From contig JBASIK010000233.1 of NCBI GenBank assembly GCA_049654745.1, positions 447 to 64,446 of the forward strand: a stretch of 64,000 nt of DNA, written 5' to 3'. Positions 39,877 through 50,361 of this stretch are shown here, in pieces. How positions within the stretch are numbered: position 1 is the first letter of the stretch; each line of letters starts with the position of its first letter. Below the pieces are notes generated by a model. That model was not told the origin of the DNA, did not search any database, and was given only the letters and a program-made list of their open reading frames with translations. Origin of the DNA: Bacteroidales bacterium. Its GTDB lineage: Bacteria; Bacteroidota; Bacteroidia; Bacteroidales; VadinHA17. The translations under genes were made by a program, and so were the position numbers.

Positions 39877-40671
39877 TTAAACTGAAATCTCTCCTTTTAT
39901 ATGAGGATGAGCAACATAATTAACAAGTTCAATATCTTCATATCTGAAATCCCGTATATCTCTCACATCTCTGTTAAGCCTTACCTCAGGGAGAGGATAA
40001 GGCTGGCGTGTCAGTTGCAGCTTCACCTGCTCTATGTGGTTGAGGTAGATATGCGCATCTCCAAGGGTATGAATGAATTCACCTGGTGCCAGACCTGTCA
40101 CATGTGCCACCATCATTGTAAGCAGGGCATAGGATGCAATGTTGAAAGGTACGCCCAGAAATATGTCGCAGCTTCTCTGATAAAGCTGGCATGAAAGTTT
40201 GCCTTCAGCCACATAAAACTGAAATAACACATGGCATGGAGGAAGAGCCATCCGGTCGAGGTCGCCTACGTTCCATGCACTTACTATATGCCGTCTCGAA
40301 TCTGGATTTTTCTTAATACTTTCAATAACATTCATCAGTTGATCAATCTTCCTGCCGTCGGGGGCACTCCACGACCTCCACTGGTATCCATATATGGGTC
40401 CGAGGTTTCCTTCAGCGTCGGCCCATTCATCCCATATTCTTACACCATTATCAATCAGGAATTTAATATTGGTATCTCCTCTTATGAACCACAAAAGTTC
40501 ATATACAATAGATTTGAAATGAAGTTTTTTTGTTGTAAGCAATGGGAAACCTTTGCTTAAATCAAATCGCATCTGGTAACCGAACACACTTATTGTACCG
40601 GTACCGGTGCGGTCGTTTTTTCTGACACCGTTTTTCAGAACATGATCCAGCAGGTCGAGGTATTGTTTCAT
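39877..40671 (-). CDS. thyA: Thymidylate synthase
   Basis: 264 aa from [12 protein letters not shown]. Catalytic Cys context LPPCH, plus DRTGTGT. The ATG at 40669-40671 overlaps the GH97 stop as ATGA. Confidence 0.95.
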   Translation of the reverse strand: MKQYLDLLDHVLKNGVRKNDRTGTGTISVFGYQMRFDLSKGFPLLTTKKLHFKSIVYELLWFIRGDTNIKFLIDNGVRIWDEWADAEGNLGPIYGYQWRSWSAPDGRKIDQLMNVIESIKKNPDSRRHIVSAWNVGDLDRMALPPCHVLFQFYVAEGKLSCQLYQRSCDIFLGVPFNIASYALLTMMVAHVTGLAPGEFIHTLGDAHIYLNHIEQVKLQLTRQPYPLPEVRLNRDVRDIRDFRYEDIELVNYVAHPHIKGEISV

Positions 40672-42614
40672 TTCGGAGAAATTTTTGCAACCCATCCACC
40701 ACCAGGCGCCATATAAATTTTATGCTTTATACCCGGTGTCACTTCCAGAGTAAGGTGTTTGTAATCCTGTGCATGCCTGTCGGCATTAATACCGTCCTGA
40801 AATACTTCCATTATATACTCCCCCTTTTCAAGGAATGAAAGGTCAAGCTCCAGCTCCCGGGCGTTCCAGTCGGTCATACCACCTACATACCATACATTTC
40901 CGCTACGTCTGGCAAGGAGAATATAATCTCCCACCTTTGCCTGAAGTACTTTCAGGTCGTCCCACACAACAGGTACTTTTGCAATGAACCCTGTGCATTC
41001 CTTTTCACGTTCATAGTTTGACGGGCTATCGGAGAGCATCTGCAGTGGGCTTTCGAAAACCACATACATAGCCATCTGGTGCACACGTGTTCCCTGGCTT
41101 GATGGCCTTGTGAACATGGGCTGGAAATTTGCCCTCTCCATATTAATCATTGCCCCCGGAGTATAATCCATTGGTCCGGCTACCATACGCGTGAAGGTAA
41201 TTGTAACATCGTGTTCGGGTGACACATCTTTGCTCCATTTGCTGTGTTCCATACCCTTAACGCCTTCGCGTGTGATTGCGTTGGGATAAGTACGTCCTAA
41301 ACCGTCGGGTTTATATGCTCCGTGAAAATCAACAAGCATGTGATAATCAGCAGCTCTGGCAGCAATTTTGTAATAAAACTGTACCATCTTCTGGTCATCC
41401 CTCTGCATAAAATCAACCTTTATTCCTCTCACGCCCCACTCTGCAAATTTTGCGAGGGCTTCATCCATTCTGTCATCCAGCGCTTTAAACACCACCCAGA
41501 GTATAATACCAACATTTCTTTCAGCTCCGTATCTGCATAGTTCCGGGATATCAAGGCCCGGTATCACATCGAGCACATTCCCCTGCCGGTACCATCCTTC
41601 GTCGAGTATTACATATTCCAATCCGTACCTGGCAGCAAAATCAATATAATATTTATATGTCTCATTGTTGATGCCAGCCTTGAAATCAACGCCGTACAGA
41701 TTTAAGGCATTCCACCAGTCCCATGCCACCTTACCGGGTTTAATCCAGCCCGTATCTTTCAGCCTGCAGGGAGCTGCCAGGCGGTATACCATATCACTTT
41801 CAACAAGCCCACCATCATCGGGAGTAATAATGAAAACTCTCCAGGGATATACTCTTTTACCTGTAACCTTTGCAATATAATCTTTTGTTTTTGTAACTCT
41901 CAGATTACGGTCGCCTGAAAGCCTTTCTTCTGCGGGATATGGGGGCCAGACACCAGTTAACCGGCCGTTACCCTGCCCCCGGAGCCACATCCCGGGGTAT
42001 TCTTCAATAGCCGATTCAGTAATCAGAACATTTATATTGCCTGGCTTGAAAAGAACCGGCAGGCTTGCAAGATGTTTTGAGGTTATGGTATCAAGGAGAG
42101 AATAAACAAAAGTGTTTTCGTTGTGCGACATGAAGCTTGACTCATAGGGAAACCACGAAGTTGTTCCTTCGGGAAAAGAGAGTTCCGCAATTTCGTTTTT
42201 TATAATGAGCGAATCTTTCAGGTCCGATTCAAACCTGTATGCGACTCCGTCGTTATAAACTCTGAATGTAAGCGTAAAACCCGATCTGAAGACAATTGAC
42301 AGATAATTACAGTTGTTGGTGATAATTGACCTCTTGTGGGGAACTTCTGGGTGTAAAATCTCATTAATCCGCCCTGTCACCGGCCTCCTGATGCTCTGGT
42401 TCTCCACCGGAATGGTTCCATCGCCCAGTACAATGGCTGTACGTGGTGATGCCAGGATTTCATTACCGGAGTATGTAACCGACCAGGTTATCTGTTTTCC
42501 GGTACTGATTGTTACAGATATGTTTCCATCGGGTGAACTTATCTTGAAATCCCTCGCAAAAAGGTAATTGCAATAGACAAGTAGCAGAAGAATAATAATT
42601 ATGTTTTTCTTCAT
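40668..42614 (-). CDS. Glycoside hydrolase family 97 (SusB-like alpha-glucosidase/alpha-galactosidase), secreted
   Basis: 648 aa. Signal peptide, an N-terminal beta-sandwich opening ([10 protein letters not shown]...) and a central TIM-barrel region ([23 protein letters not shown]) as in GH97 enzymes. Confidence 0.85.
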   Translation of the reverse strand: MKKNIIIILLLLVYCNYLFARDFKISSPDGNISVTISTGKQITWSVTYSGNEILASPRTAIVLGDGTIPVENQSIRRPVTGRINEILHPEVPHKRSIITNNCNYLSIVFRSGFTLTFRVYNDGVAYRFESDLKDSLIIKNEIAELSFPEGTTSWFPYESSFMSHNENTFVYSLLDTITSKHLASLPVLFKPGNINVLITESAIEEYPGMWLRGQGNGRLTGVWPPYPAEERLSGDRNLRVTKTKDYIAKVTGKRVYPWRVFIITPDDGGLVESDMVYRLAAPCRLKDTGWIKPGKVAWDWWNALNLYGVDFKAGINNETYKYYIDFAARYGLEYVILDEGWYRQGNVLDVIPGLDIPELCRYGAERNVGIILWVVFKALDDRMDEALAKFAEWGVRGIKVDFMQRDDQKMVQFYYKIAARAADYHMLVDFHGAYKPDGLGRTYPNAITREGVKGMEHSKWSKDVSPEHDVTITFTRMVAGPMDYTPGAMINMERANFQPMFTRPSSQGTRVHQMAMYVVFESPLQMLSDSPSNYEREKECTGFIAKVPVVWDDLKVLQAKVGDYILLARRSGNVWYVGGMTDWNARELELDLSFLEKGEYIMEVFQDGINADRHAQDYKHLTLEVTPGIKHKIYMAPGGGWVAKISPK

Positions 42615-42642
42615 AAGTTATTGAATTGATAAAAGACGTAAA

Positions 42643-43242
42643 TTATTTCGATTTTCGTTTCTTTCTCTTCTCGAGTTCATCTCTTATTGCGGCAGCCCGT
42701 TCATAATCTTCTGTTTTGACTGCTTCGTCAATCATGTTATAGAGTTCTTCATCTGTATATCCTTCGAATATTGAAGCTTCTGTCTCCTTTATAGTCTTGT
42801 CAGCCGTAAAATCCTGGGTTCCGCCTTCCGATTGCGGAATTGTGATCCCTGCTTTCTCCATTATTTCCTCAGTTGTATATATCGGACAGTTAAACCTAAG
42901 GGCAAGTGCCACTGCATCTGAGGTCCTGCTGTCGATAATATACTCCTCATCGTCCTTGTAACATATGAGCTTCGAGAAGAAAATGCCGTCTTCTAGCTTG
43001 TGGATAAAAACTTCAGTTATTTCTATCCCGAAGGTATCCGCAAAATTTTTAAAAAGATCATGAGTAAGGGGACGTGGTGGTTCCAGGTTCTCAAGTTTTA
43101 TTACAATTGACTGTGCTTCGAATGCGCCAATAATAATTGGAATTCTCCTCTGTCCCTTTTCTTCCATCAAAACCAGCGCATAGGCACCCGACTGTGTCTG
43201 ACTATAGGATATCCCCAGAACTTTTAACTTTATCCTCTTCAT
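42643..43242 (-). CDS. Bifunctional nuclease (DUF151) with a C-terminal UVR motif
   Basis: 199 aa. LKVLGISYSQTQSGAYALVL..RRIPIIIG..EAQSI matches the DUF151 core, and DYERAAAIRDELEKR is a UvrB/C-type UVR helix. Confidence 0.8.
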   Translation of the reverse strand: MKRIKLKVLGISYSQTQSGAYALVLMEEKGQRRIPIIIGAFEAQSIVIKLENLEPPRPLTHDLFKNFADTFGIEITEVFIHKLEDGIFFSKLICYKDDEEYIIDSRTSDAVALALRFNCPIYTTEEIMEKAGITIPQSEGGTQDFTADKTIKETEASIFEGYTDEELYNMIDEAVKTEDYERAAAIRDELEKRKKRKSK

Positions 43243-43287
43243 AAACCACGTTCTGCTGTACGAAACTAATCAAACTACGTATCACAA

Positions 43288-43295
43288 CAAATATA
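43288..43295 (-). promoter_or_regulatory. Candidate -7 promoter box (TATATTTG) for the DUF151 gene
   Basis: The reverse complement of caaatata sits 45 nt upstream of the ATG at 43242. Confidence 0.4.
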
Positions 43296-43456
43296 AAGAT
43301 AATAGAGCACAATACCCTTCTTCAATGGTCATTTTTTATTAACTTTATAATCATTATTAGACTGCATAATCAGAAACTTCTCATTGTTAAGGTGCTATAC
43401 GATATAACATAAAAATAAAAAGATAAGAAAATAGCTTGCATATATTTGAAATTTTA

Positions 43457-43464
43457 TATCTTTG
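43457..43464 (+). promoter_or_regulatory. Candidate -7 promoter box (TATCTTTG) for rplU-rpmA
   Basis: TATCTTTG sits 94 nt upstream of the rplU ATG. A second match, TATATTTG, lies at 43441-43448. Confidence 0.4.
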
Positions 43465-43558
43465 CAGTCCGAATTAATAAATTAAATCCGGCTGGGCTTG
43501 TAAAGATACCGATGCAAAAACGGTACGCCTCACGGAATAACAAAACATATTAAAAACT

Positions 43559-44092
43559 ATGTATGCTATAGTAGAGATTGCCGGGCAGCAGTTTAAGGTG
43601 GAAGAAGGAAAAAAGATATTTGTCCACCGGCTTAAGGCAGAAAACGGAAATAAAGTTGAATTTGACCAGGTCCTTCTGATTGAGGACAATGGCAAGGTGA
43701 CTGTAGGAGAACCTGTTATTAAAGACGCAGTTGTAGAAGCCAGGGTTCTTGAGCATCTGAAAGGCGATAAGGTAATAGTATTCAAAAAGAAGAGAAGAAA
43801 AGGTTACAGGGTTAAGAACGGACATCGCCAGTATTTCACGCAGGTTGAAATAGTAAGCATAAAGGAGAAAGCTCCGAGAAAGTCGGCAGCAAAGAAGGCA
43901 GAAGAGGCACCTGAAAAACCAAAGGAGGTTGCACCTGTTGAGGATACCACAGTGAAAGCCGAAACTGCTCCTGCAGAAGCTGTTGAAGTGGTGAAAAAAA
44001 CTGTAAAGACTAAAAAGGCTGAAGTAACCGAAAAAGGGGAAGAAACAGAAGCAACCCCGAAAAAGAAAACCAGATCAAAGAAGGAAGAATAA
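43559..44092 (+). CDS. rplU: 50S ribosomal protein L21 with a roughly 73-aa K/E/A/P-rich C-terminal extension
   Basis: [17 protein letters not shown] opens a canonical core of about 104 aa ending ...[15 protein letters not shown] low-complexity tail follows ([22 protein letters not shown]...[10 protein letters not shown]). Confidence 0.93.
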   Translation: MYAIVEIAGQQFKVEEGKKIFVHRLKAENGNKVEFDQVLLIEDNGKVTVGEPVIKDAVVEARVLEHLKGDKVIVFKKKRRKGYRVKNGHRQYFTQVEIVSIKEKAPRKSAAKKAEEAPEKPKEVAPVEDTTVKAETAPAEAVEVVKKTVKTKKAEVTEKGEETEATPKKKTRSKKEE

Positions 44093-44111
44093 TCTTTAAA
44101 AAACATTACAA

Positions 44112-44375
44112 ATGGCACACAAGAAAGGTGTAGGAAGTTCCAGAAACGGAAGGGACTCAGAAAGCAAACGGCTTGGTGTGAAACTTTTCGGAGGCCAGTT
44201 TGCTAAAGCCGGCAACATAATTGTTCGGCAGAGAGGTACTGTTCATCATCCCGGAATGAACGTCGGGATGGGCAGGGATCATACTCTCTTCGCCCTGGTT
44301 GATGGCATTGTTGTTTTCAGCAGAAAGAGGGGAAACAAATCATATGTGTCGGTCAAACCAGTAAATGAGCAGTAA
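44112..44375 (+). CDS. rpmA: 50S ribosomal protein L27
   Basis: 87 aa starting [24 protein letters not shown]. Confidence 0.97.
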   Translation: MAHKKGVGSSRNGRDSESKRLGVKLFGGQFAKAGNIIVRQRGTVHHPGMNVGMGRDHTLFALVDGIVVFSRKRGNKSYVSVKPVNEQ

Positions 44376-44434
44376 TTCATCCGCAAGTAATTTCAATATT
44401 AAATACGTTCATACAACTTTTTTAATAATTTTAC

Positions 44435-44461
44435 AGCAGGCTGATTTATGCCTGCTTTTTT
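44435..44461 (+). terminator. Rho-independent terminator after rpmA
   Basis: 7-bp stem AGCAGGC/GCCTGCT, an 8-nt loop and a T6 run. Confidence 0.7.
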
Positions 44462-44476
44462 ATTTTAAATAAATCT

Positions 44477-45751
44477 ATGCTTACATTAAATCTTATACGC
44501 GAACAGAAGGATTTTGTTGTTGAGAGGCTGAAGATCAAGAATTTTGATGCAGCACCCCTGGTTGATAAAATTCTCGAACTCGATGCTATCCGCAGGGATA
44601 CTCAAAAAAACTATGATGCAATTCTTGCAGATATTAACAGGATCTCTAAAGAGATAGGAGAGTTAATACGGAGCGGCAAAAAAGCTGAAGCGGATGCAGC
44701 AAAAACAAAAACAACTTCACTGAAGGAAGAATCACGAAGGCTGGCTGAGAGGCTCGACGAAATTGATAAAGAGCTGAGAAGTGAACTTATAAAACTCCCC
44801 AATCTGCCTCACGAATCGGTTTCTCCCGGGCATGGTGCGGAAAACAATGTGAAGGTCAGGGAAGGCGGTGTTATAAAAGAGCCGGAAGAGACTGCTCTTC
44901 CGCACTGGGAACTGATAAAGAAATATGACATTATAGATTTTGAACTTGGAACTAAACTTACAGGTGCTGGTTTCCCTGTTTATAAAGGTAAAGGCGCCAA
45001 GCTCGAGAGGGCACTTATCAATTTCTTTCTCGATGAAGGCGAAAAAGCTGGATATAAGGAGGTTCTACCCCCTATTGTAGTCAATGAGGATTCGGCCTTT
45101 GCAACAGGTCAGCTGCCAGATAAAGAGGGGCAGATGTATCTAATAGGTTCCGACAATTATTATCTGATCCCCACTGCAGAAGTACCCGTTACAAATATTT
45201 TCAGGGATGTTATTCTGGATGCTGCCGACCTGCCCATTAAGACCATGGCATATACTCCCTGTTTCCGCCGCGAAGCAGGCTCGTGGGGTGCACATGTGAG
45301 AGGGCTCAACCGGCTCCATCAGTTCGACAAGGTTGAGATTGTCCAGATTGCTCATCCCGACCATTCATATGAGGCTCTCGAAGAGATGGTGTCGCACGTG
45401 GAAGGGCTGGTCAAAAAGCTTGGCCTTCCCTACAGGATTATGAAGCTCTGCGGTGGAGATATGTCGTTTACTTCAGCTCTTACCTACGATTTTGAAGTGT
45501 GGTCAGGCGCCCAGAAAAGATGGCTTGAAGTAAGTTCCGTCTCCAACTTCGAATCGTTTCAGGCCAATCGTCTGAAATGCAGATTCAGGGAAAAAGGCGG
45601 GAAACAAAACCGGCTGGTACATACCCTTAACGGAAGCGCCCTTGCACTACCCAGAATAGTAGCTGCCCTGCTCGAAAACAACCAGACCCCCTCAGGCATC
45701 ATAGTACCTGAAGTGCTCGTAAAATACACCGGATTCAATATCATCGACTGA
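44477..45751 (+). CDS. serS: Seryl-tRNA synthetase
   Basis: 424 aa. N-terminal coiled-coil arm and class II motifs (CFRREAGS, LNGSALALPR). Confidence 0.96.
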   Translation: MLTLNLIREQKDFVVERLKIKNFDAAPLVDKILELDAIRRDTQKNYDAILADINRISKEIGELIRSGKKAEADAAKTKTTSLKEESRRLAERLDEIDKELRSELIKLPNLPHESVSPGHGAENNVKVREGGVIKEPEETALPHWELIKKYDIIDFELGTKLTGAGFPVYKGKGAKLERALINFFLDEGEKAGYKEVLPPIVVNEDSAFATGQLPDKEGQMYLIGSDNYYLIPTAEVPVTNIFRDVILDAADLPIKTMAYTPCFRREAGSWGAHVRGLNRLHQFDKVEIVQIAHPDHSYEALEEMVSHVEGLVKKLGLPYRIMKLCGGDMSFTSALTYDFEVWSGAQKRWLEVSSVSNFESFQANRLKCRFREKGGKQNRLVHTLNGSALALPRIVAALLENNQTPSGIIVPEVLVKYTGFNIID

Positions 45752-45777
45752 TAACCATTTAACTACCTTGCTGAAAA

Positions 45778-46668
45778 ATGAGCCCGTCCAGACAATCATA
45801 TCTCTACGCCGGGCTTTCGGTTCTGTTCTGGTCAACTATCCCTACTGTTTTCAAAATTGGTCTGGGCGAACTCAACGTTCTTACAATGCTTACTATTGCA
45901 ACTCTGACTTCCACCTTTGTACTTTTCGTGTTGATACTGGCAGAAAGAAAACTTTCACTTCTGGGGAGAACTACTGTAAATGAACTGCTGGTATCGGCAC
46001 TTCTCGGATTTATTAATCCGTTCATCTATTACATTATTCTTCTTAAGGCATATAGCCTTTTGCCAGGACAGGTAGCCCAGCCGTTGAATATGATCTGGCC
46101 GATAATACTGGTGTTCCTGTCTGTGCCGCTGTTGAAACAGAAGATACCCTCAAAAAGCTTTCTCGCCCTATTCATCAGTTTTGCCGGTGTCTATATTGTA
46201 TCATCCCAGGGGCATCTTACAAAACCCGGCAGTTCCGATCCCATCGGTGTGTTGCTTGCCACCGGAAGCTCATTCTTCTGGGCACTATATTTCATCTTCA
46301 ACCTGAGAGATAAACGGGATGAGGCTGTCAAATTATTTACTAACTTTCTGTTTGCTTCAGTTTACCTTCTGATAACAATGACAGTGACAGGAGAATGGAA
46401 CACCGAAGTGAGTCTGAAAGGTGTCGGCGCATCAGTTTATGCAGGTATTTTTGAGATGGGAATCACATTTTTTTTCTGGCTCAAAGCGCTCAGTCTTGCC
46501 GAAACCAGTGACAGGGTAAGCAATCTTGTATATATTGCTCCTTTCCTTTCAATGGTTTTCCTGCACTTTATTGTCAAAGAACCCGTTTATTATACAACCC
46601 CACTTGGGTTGATATTTATTATTACGGGAATTTTTATTCAAAACCGCAATGCACATGTGGCACGTTAA
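45778..46668 (+). CDS. DMT-superfamily (EamA-type) transporter
   Basis: 296 aa with about 10 TM helices in two EamA-like halves. Confidence 0.8.
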   Translation: MSPSRQSYLYAGLSVLFWSTIPTVFKIGLGELNVLTMLTIATLTSTFVLFVLILAERKLSLLGRTTVNELLVSALLGFINPFIYYIILLKAYSLLPGQVAQPLNMIWPIILVFLSVPLLKQKIPSKSFLALFISFAGVYIVSSQGHLTKPGSSDPIGVLLATGSSFFWALYFIFNLRDKRDEAVKLFTNFLFASVYLLITMTVTGEWNTEVSLKGVGASVYAGIFEMGITFFFWLKALSLAETSDRVSNLVYIAPFLSMVFLHFIVKEPVYYTTPLGLIFIITGIFIQNRNAHVAR

Positions 46669-46723
46669 TTGTATTACTGCAATGAATTTAAAATAATTGA
46701 AAAGTGTTCTAAAATATTAAAAT

Positions 46724-48028
46724 ATGAAAAGATTCTGGCTTGCGATAGTATTGATCTCCTTTTTATTAAGTTCGTGCGAGAAGGAAGAGATAAAACCAGT
46801 AACAAACACCTCTGACAATCAGGAAGCCAATGAAGCTCTGTATGAACTGATGCAGGATTGGTATCTGTGGTACCAGTATCTCCCGCAGGTTAATCCGGCA
46901 AATTACAAAGATCCTTACGAACTTATGAACGTCCTCAGGTACAAAAATTACGACCGCTGGAGTTTTGTTGCAGGTTATGATGAATTTATTGCCTCAATGC
47001 AAGGAACCTTTGTGGGCCACGGAATACGCATGGGACTTGACGCATCGAAGAAAGTAAGGATTGTAATGATATATAAGAATTCACCACTTTATGCAAAAGG
47101 GGTGAGGCGTGGATGGATAATCAAACAGTTGAACGGGGTAGATCTTGCTTCTGTTTTTCTTTCAGGCGATGCAGCAACATATAACCAGCTGATAGGACCA
47201 GCCGAGGAAGGCGTTACCAACACTTTTCTTTTTCAAACACCCGCCGGAAAAGATTCCACCATCGTGACAACCAAAGCCAAATTCACAGTCAATTCCGTTC
47301 TGGCTGATACAATATATGACCTTTCAACGGGTAAAACAGGATATCTGGCATTTAACGAATTCATTGAACCTTCACCCGATGAGCTTAAAGCAGCTTTTGC
47401 AAAGTTTAAGCTCAACGGCGTAAAAGACCTTATTCTGGATATGAGATACAACACGGGCGGAATACTCAGTGTTGCAGCTGACCTGGCAAGTTTTATTACA
47501 ACACGTTCTACTACAGATGTTCTGGTCAAGTGTATGTATAACGACAAAAAATACGAGTCAAACAATTTTATCTATTTTAAAAGCAAAACAGAGTCATTGA
47601 ACCTCAGCCGCCTTGTGGTTATATGTACTTACGAAACTGCATCGGCCAGCGAAGTGGTAATTAACGGACTTAAACCCTATCTGGATGTTTTTCTTGTAGG
47701 CGATACAACCAATGGCAAACCTACAGGCATGAATGTATGGCAATACCCTGCGAAAAGCCCTAAATATGTCTATGCACCTGTCACTTTCAAAATGGTCAAT
47801 AAAGACAACTATGGTGATTTCTTCAAAGGGATTCCGCCCGACAGATATGTTTCAGATGATATCACGCACGATTTTGGCGACGTAAACGAATATTGCCTCA
47901 AAGAAGCAGTCTTTTATATTGAAAACGGATCTTTTTCCGTAAAAAGTTCTTATCCATACAGTAAGGTGCGTTACTTTACCGAAAGGCCAGTTTTGACAAA
48001 CAATGCTTACTATCTTAACTGGCAATGA
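46724..48028 (+). CDS. S41-family (C-terminal processing-type) peptidase lipoprotein
   Basis: 434 aa. Lipobox (LLSSC), a PDZ-like segment, DLILDMRYNTGG, the catalytic Ser context ETASASE and the Lys context TNGKPTG. Confidence 0.8.
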   Translation: MKRFWLAIVLISFLLSSCEKEEIKPVTNTSDNQEANEALYELMQDWYLWYQYLPQVNPANYKDPYELMNVLRYKNYDRWSFVAGYDEFIASMQGTFVGHGIRMGLDASKKVRIVMIYKNSPLYAKGVRRGWIIKQLNGVDLASVFLSGDAATYNQLIGPAEEGVTNTFLFQTPAGKDSTIVTTKAKFTVNSVLADTIYDLSTGKTGYLAFNEFIEPSPDELKAAFAKFKLNGVKDLILDMRYNTGGILSVAADLASFITTRSTTDVLVKCMYNDKKYESNNFIYFKSKTESLNLSRLVVICTYETASASEVVINGLKPYLDVFLVGDTTNGKPTGMNVWQYPAKSPKYVYAPVTFKMVNKDNYGDFFKGIPPDRYVSDDITHDFGDVNEYCLKEAVFYIENGSFSVKSSYPYSKVRYFTERPVLTNNAYYLNWQ

Positions 48029-48102
48029 AGGTTGCAGTGCAAAATGTTGTACCAGAGGCAGAAAGGTTAAGTAAATAACAAATAAAGAAACTGGGATTAA
48101 TC

Positions 48103-48675
48103 TTGAAAAAAGCCGTAAAAGAGAAAATCATACTTGGCATCGATCCTGGCACCAATATTACAGGCTATGGAATTATTTCTGCAGGAAATTCCGGCCCTGA
48201 ACTGATAACTCTTGGAGTAATAGAATTAAAGAGATTCCATGATCATTTCTTGAAGATCAAACACATTTTTGAAAGAACAATCGGGCTCATTGATGAATAT
48301 CATCCTGATGAGCTCGCCATTGAGTCTCCTTTTTATGGTAAGAACGTACAGTCGATGCTCAAGCTGGGAAGGGCTCAAGGAGCTGCAATTGCTGCTGCAC
48401 TCTCGCGCTCGGTACCGGTTTTTGAATATGCTCCGAGAAAAATCAAAATGTCGATAACAGGCAGAGGTGCTGCTTCAAAGGAACAGGTGGCCTGCATGCT
48501 CATGAATATCCTGAAATTCAGAGAAACAGAGATAATTCTCGATGCCACCGACGGCCTGGCAGCAGCATTATGCCATTATTACCAGAATTATTATATCGGA
48601 AACATTGCTCCCAAAACAAAAGAATATAAAAGCTGGAAAGATTTTATAAGACAGAACCCGGGAAGAGTAAAATAA
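48103..48675 (+). CDS. ruvC: Crossover junction endodeoxyribonuclease RuvC
   Basis: 190 aa with ILGIDPGTNITGYG, AIESPFYGKN and TDGLAAALCH. The apparent start codon is TTG. Confidence 0.92.
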   Translation: MKKAVKEKIILGIDPGTNITGYGIISAGNSGPELITLGVIELKRFHDHFLKIKHIFERTIGLIDEYHPDELAIESPFYGKNVQSMLKLGRAQGAAIAAALSRSVPVFEYAPRKIKMSITGRGAASKEQVACMLMNILKFRETEIILDATDGLAAALCHYYQNYYIGNIAPKTKEYKSWKDFIRQNPGRVK

Positions 48676-49377
48676 TTATAGCGACGACCATGCAAGTGCT
48701 ATTACGCTTACTTTTATCCCTTCTGCTTTCATGAGAGCCATAATGCACGATTCAATGGTGGCACCGGTTGTAATTACATCATCAACAAGCAGAACATGTT
48801 TACCTCTGAAAGCATCATAATCATTAATATCAAAAATTCCCTCCACATTAAGCCAGCGATCATATCTTGAACGCCGGGTCTGAGTTGCTGATGAAGACAC
48901 TCTTTTAAGCACAGAAGTGTTTACTGGCAAACCCGATATTTCAGATATTCCCCCGCAGATGCACTCACTCTGGTTAAAACCTCTTTTTTTCTGCTTTGAA
49001 GGATGCAACGGTACAGGGATAATAACATCTATTCCATCGAAAAAACCACTCTCTTTAAGCTGGATTGCATAAATCCTGCCCATAAGGTTCCCAAGTTCCT
49101 TAACACCATTATATTTTAGGGCATGAATTATTTTTCTTATACGGCTTCCCCTCTCGTAAAAGGAAAATGCAGCGGATTTCTGTATCAAACAGCGGCCCCA
49201 GAAGATCTGAGCTACCGGATTGTTTTCATCGAGATGAAAATTCGTTCGGGGTATAGACACATAACATTGAGTGCAAATAAGGTTTTCGTTCCTGAGAAGA
49301 TGTTCACCGCAACCATAACACACTCTCGGAAAGAGAAGGGAAATAAAATCATCAACAAGAGCAGTAATATAATTCAT
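48676..49377 (-). CDS. ComF-family phosphoribosyltransferase-domain protein
   Basis: N-terminal Cys pairs (CYGC...CTQC) and the PRTase motif VLLVDDVITTGAT. I place the start at the Met at 49377, because the longer ORF would run through the upstream terminator and promoter. Confidence 0.85.
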   Translation of the reverse strand: MNYITALVDDFISLLFPRVCYGCGEHLLRNENLICTQCYVSIPRTNFHLDENNPVAQIFWGRCLIQKSAAFSFYERGSRIRKIIHALKYNGVKELGNLMGRIYAIQLKESGFFDGIDVIIPVPLHPSKQKKRGFNQSECICGGISEISGLPVNTSVLKRVSSSATQTRRSRYDRWLNVEGIFDINDYDAFRGKHVLLVDDVITTGATIESCIMALMKAEGIKVSVIALAWSSL

Positions 49378-49398
49378 GCAGCGGGACGTGTTACATTG

Positions 49399-49406
49399 CA
49401 AAAATA
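49399..49406 (-). promoter_or_regulatory. Candidate -7 promoter box (TATTTTTG) for comF
   Basis: The reverse complement of caaaaata sits 21 nt upstream of the ATG at 49377. Confidence 0.35.
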
Positions 49407-49434
49407 AAAAATGCCTGAAATAATATCCAGGCAT
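49405..49434 (-). terminator. Rho-independent terminator after the HIT gene
   Basis: On the minus strand, ATGCCTG-gatattattt-CAGGCAT is followed by TTTTTTATTTTT. Confidence 0.65.
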
Positions 49435-49457
49435 GAAGGAAAAAAGATATTGTTTTT

Positions 49458-49862
49458 TCAGGTCATTTCATTAAATCTTTTTGCAATGCGGTCGGCTATA
49501 GATTTTAATTCTTCAGGGGTTAATTTCAGTTTTGGCCTGCGGAAGTTAATATCATCCATTGTGTTGATAGGAATCAGGTGTATATGAGCATGGGGCACTT
49601 CAAGGCCCACCACCGCAACGCCAATTCTGTTGCATGGCACTTCCTTCTCTATTGCCCTTGCGACTCTCTTTGCAAAAAGCATCAGTCCGGCATAAGTTTC
49701 ATCATCAATATCAAAGATATAGTCTATCTCTTTCTTCGGAATTACCAGTGTGTGACCGGTATTTAGAGGATTAATATCGAGAAATGCAAGATAATTATCA
49801 TCCTCTGCCACCTTGTAGCAGGGAATCTCTCCACTGACTATTCTTGAAAAAATTGATGCCAT
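49458..49862 (-). CDS. HIT-family (histidine triad) nucleotide hydrolase
   Basis: Begins MASIFSRIVSGEIP and carries the triad HAHIHLIP. The track start at 49880 is a TTG overlapping the greA stop. Confidence 0.9.
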   Translation of the reverse strand: MASIFSRIVSGEIPCYKVAEDDNYLAFLDINPLNTGHTLVIPKKEIDYIFDIDDETYAGLMLFAKRVARAIEKEVPCNRIGVAVVGLEVPHAHIHLIPINTMDDINFRRPKLKLTPEELKSIADRIAKRFNEMT

Positions 49863-49876
49863 AATCCGGAGTTTTA

Positions 49877-50350
49877 TCAATATGAAATTGAAATTATTTC
49901 AAAAGGTATTACCCCTGAGGGCACTTTTATCTCAACCACTTCTCCAACCTTTCTGCCGATAAGTCCCTGGGCAATGGGTGAGTTCACAGCAATTTTACCC
50001 AGTTTAAGATTGGCCTCACTTTCAGGAACAATCTGATATTCCATTATGCTGTTGTTAAGCTTGTTCCTGATTTTCACCTTATTGAGAATCCTCACCGACG
50101 AAGTGTCAATTTTAGATTCATCAATAATCCTTGCCCGTGAGATCTGGTTCTCAAGCCTTGCTATTCTCATTTCGAGCATAGCCTGAGCTTCCTTTGCAGC
50201 GGAATACTCAGCATTTTCAGTAAGATCTCCCTTTTCTGTGGCCTCAGCAAGCATTTTAGCTATCTGAGGTCTCTCAACATTTTTCAGACGCTCAAGCTCT
50301 TCCCTGAGTTTCTGCAAACCCTCTTCAGTAATGTAGTAAAAATCCGTCAT
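49877..50350 (-). CDS. greA: Transcription elongation factor GreA
   Basis: 157 aa. N-terminal coiled coil with DLTENAEYSAAKE and a C-terminal FKBP-like domain (SPIAQGLIGRKVGEVVE). Confidence 0.95.
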   Translation of the reverse strand: MTDFYYITEEGLQKLREELERLKNVERPQIAKMLAEATEKGDLTENAEYSAAKEAQAMLEMRIARLENQISRARIIDESKIDTSSVRILNKVKIRNKLNNSIMEYQIVPESEANLKLGKIAVNSPIAQGLIGRKVGEVVEIKVPSGVIPFEIISISY

Positions 50351-50361
50351 TTCTGCTGTTT

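Noticed and set aside
40672-40695. Longer thyA start (MGCKNFSE...). Similar cases are the TTG-extended HIT start (49863-49880) and the comF extension (49378-49434)
   Set aside because: The conserved N-termini begin at the internal ATGs. The extensions overlap upstream genes or a terminator/promoter and are not family-like.
43465-43558. Structured ribosomal-protein leader upstream of rplU
   Set aside because: A roughly 90-nt leader exists, but I can only draw a 5-bp hairpin (TACCG-atgcaaaaa-CGGTA). That is not enough to claim an L21-type autoregulatory leader without covariation data.
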